Positions 63,518 through 64,000 of a stretch of DNA of 64,000 nucleotides are shown in pieces. Under the pieces are notes generated by a model that saw only the letters and a list, made by a program, of their open reading frames with translations, was not told where the DNA came from and ran no database searches. The stretch spans positions 62,001 through 126,000 of IMG/VR virus record IMGVR_UViG_3300028840_001395; one strand, written 5' to 3'. Both the position numbers and the translations under genes were made by a program. Positions within the stretch are counted from its first letter, which is position 1; the number at the start of each line of letters is the position of its first letter.

Positions 63518-63958
63518 TCACATCAACTTCAAGTGTCCCGTGATCTCATCGATGGCCTTGGGGTGTGCCGGACCGATGGCCACACAGGTCTTGGTAGGTA
63601 CCCCGTGGAACTCCGTCGCCCCCGAATCAGTGATGACTGCCGTGGGGAATCCGAGTTTCTGGGACTCCTCCGCCAGGGCGAGAAGCTCCTCCTCGTCCTT
63701 GCAGCCCACGACGACCTTGGTGAACAGCCCCTTGATCCAGCCCTCCAACCCCGCCGTGTCCAGCATGACGATGAGACAGGCCATCTCCTTGGTCGTCCTG
63801 CCGGGATTCTGAGGGTCGGCATCGACCTCGACCATCCCGAACTCTCCCCGGTCAAGCAGCACCTTCATCGAGGCATGGGCCACCTGGGCGGCAATCTTGC
63901 CCTTCCGCATCTTGAGATCCTTGCGGACGACGATCACCTGCTTCATCTCATCGGCCAT
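63518..63958 (-). CDS. pth2: Peptidyl-tRNA hydrolase 2 (Pth2)
   Basis: KQVIVVRKDLKMRKGKIAAQVAHA, KVVV, DSGATEF, AIGP...ID.ITG.LKL. Confidence 0.93.
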   Translation of the reverse strand: MADEMKQVIVVRKDLKMRKGKIAAQVAHASMKVLLDRGEFGMVEVDADPQNPGRTTKEMACLIVMLDTAGLEGWIKGLFTKVVVGCKDEEELLALAEESQKLGFPTAVITDSGATEFHGVPTKTCVAIGPAHPKAIDEITGHLKLM

Positions 63959-64000
63959 GCTACACCTCGAAGAAGATGCCGTCCTTCTGGAGTCGGCGGT

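Overview
GC-rich window (roughly 60-65% by eye) that reads as part of a jumbo/giant phage genome. Evidence: dense hypothetical genes, HU, GroEL, topoisomerase IB, SNF2 helicase, sigma-like factors, CobS/CobT-like pair, RtcB, RNase Z, RNase HII, Pth2, NadD, tmRNA, free-standing endonucleases and about 63 tRNA genes, with no ribosomal core genes. The tRNAs lie in two converging super-operons: array 1 (+, 23246-27124: Leu, Ser, Thr, Phe, Tyr, Trp, Glu-CTC, Arg-CCG) and array 2 (-, 60868-46117: everything else). Together they cover all 20 amino acids. Main observation: each array is headed by a promoter, a short leader ORF whose codons sample the isoacceptors of that array, an antiterminator/terminator pair, a shared hairpin plus boxA-like element, and a leader sequence complementary to the array's far end. 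This looks like a ribosome-mediated attenuator that senses tRNA shortage and switches on the matching tRNA array. Also seen: a 13-copy phage promoter motif (CTTAY-N14-GAGTAGTCT), several tRNA-like ncRNAs, an interrupted tRNA, and a 23-kb block of modular proteins sharing RVAAR(W/Y/H) and K-x-A peptide motifs. All calls were made by eye without tools, and boundaries may be off by a few nt.
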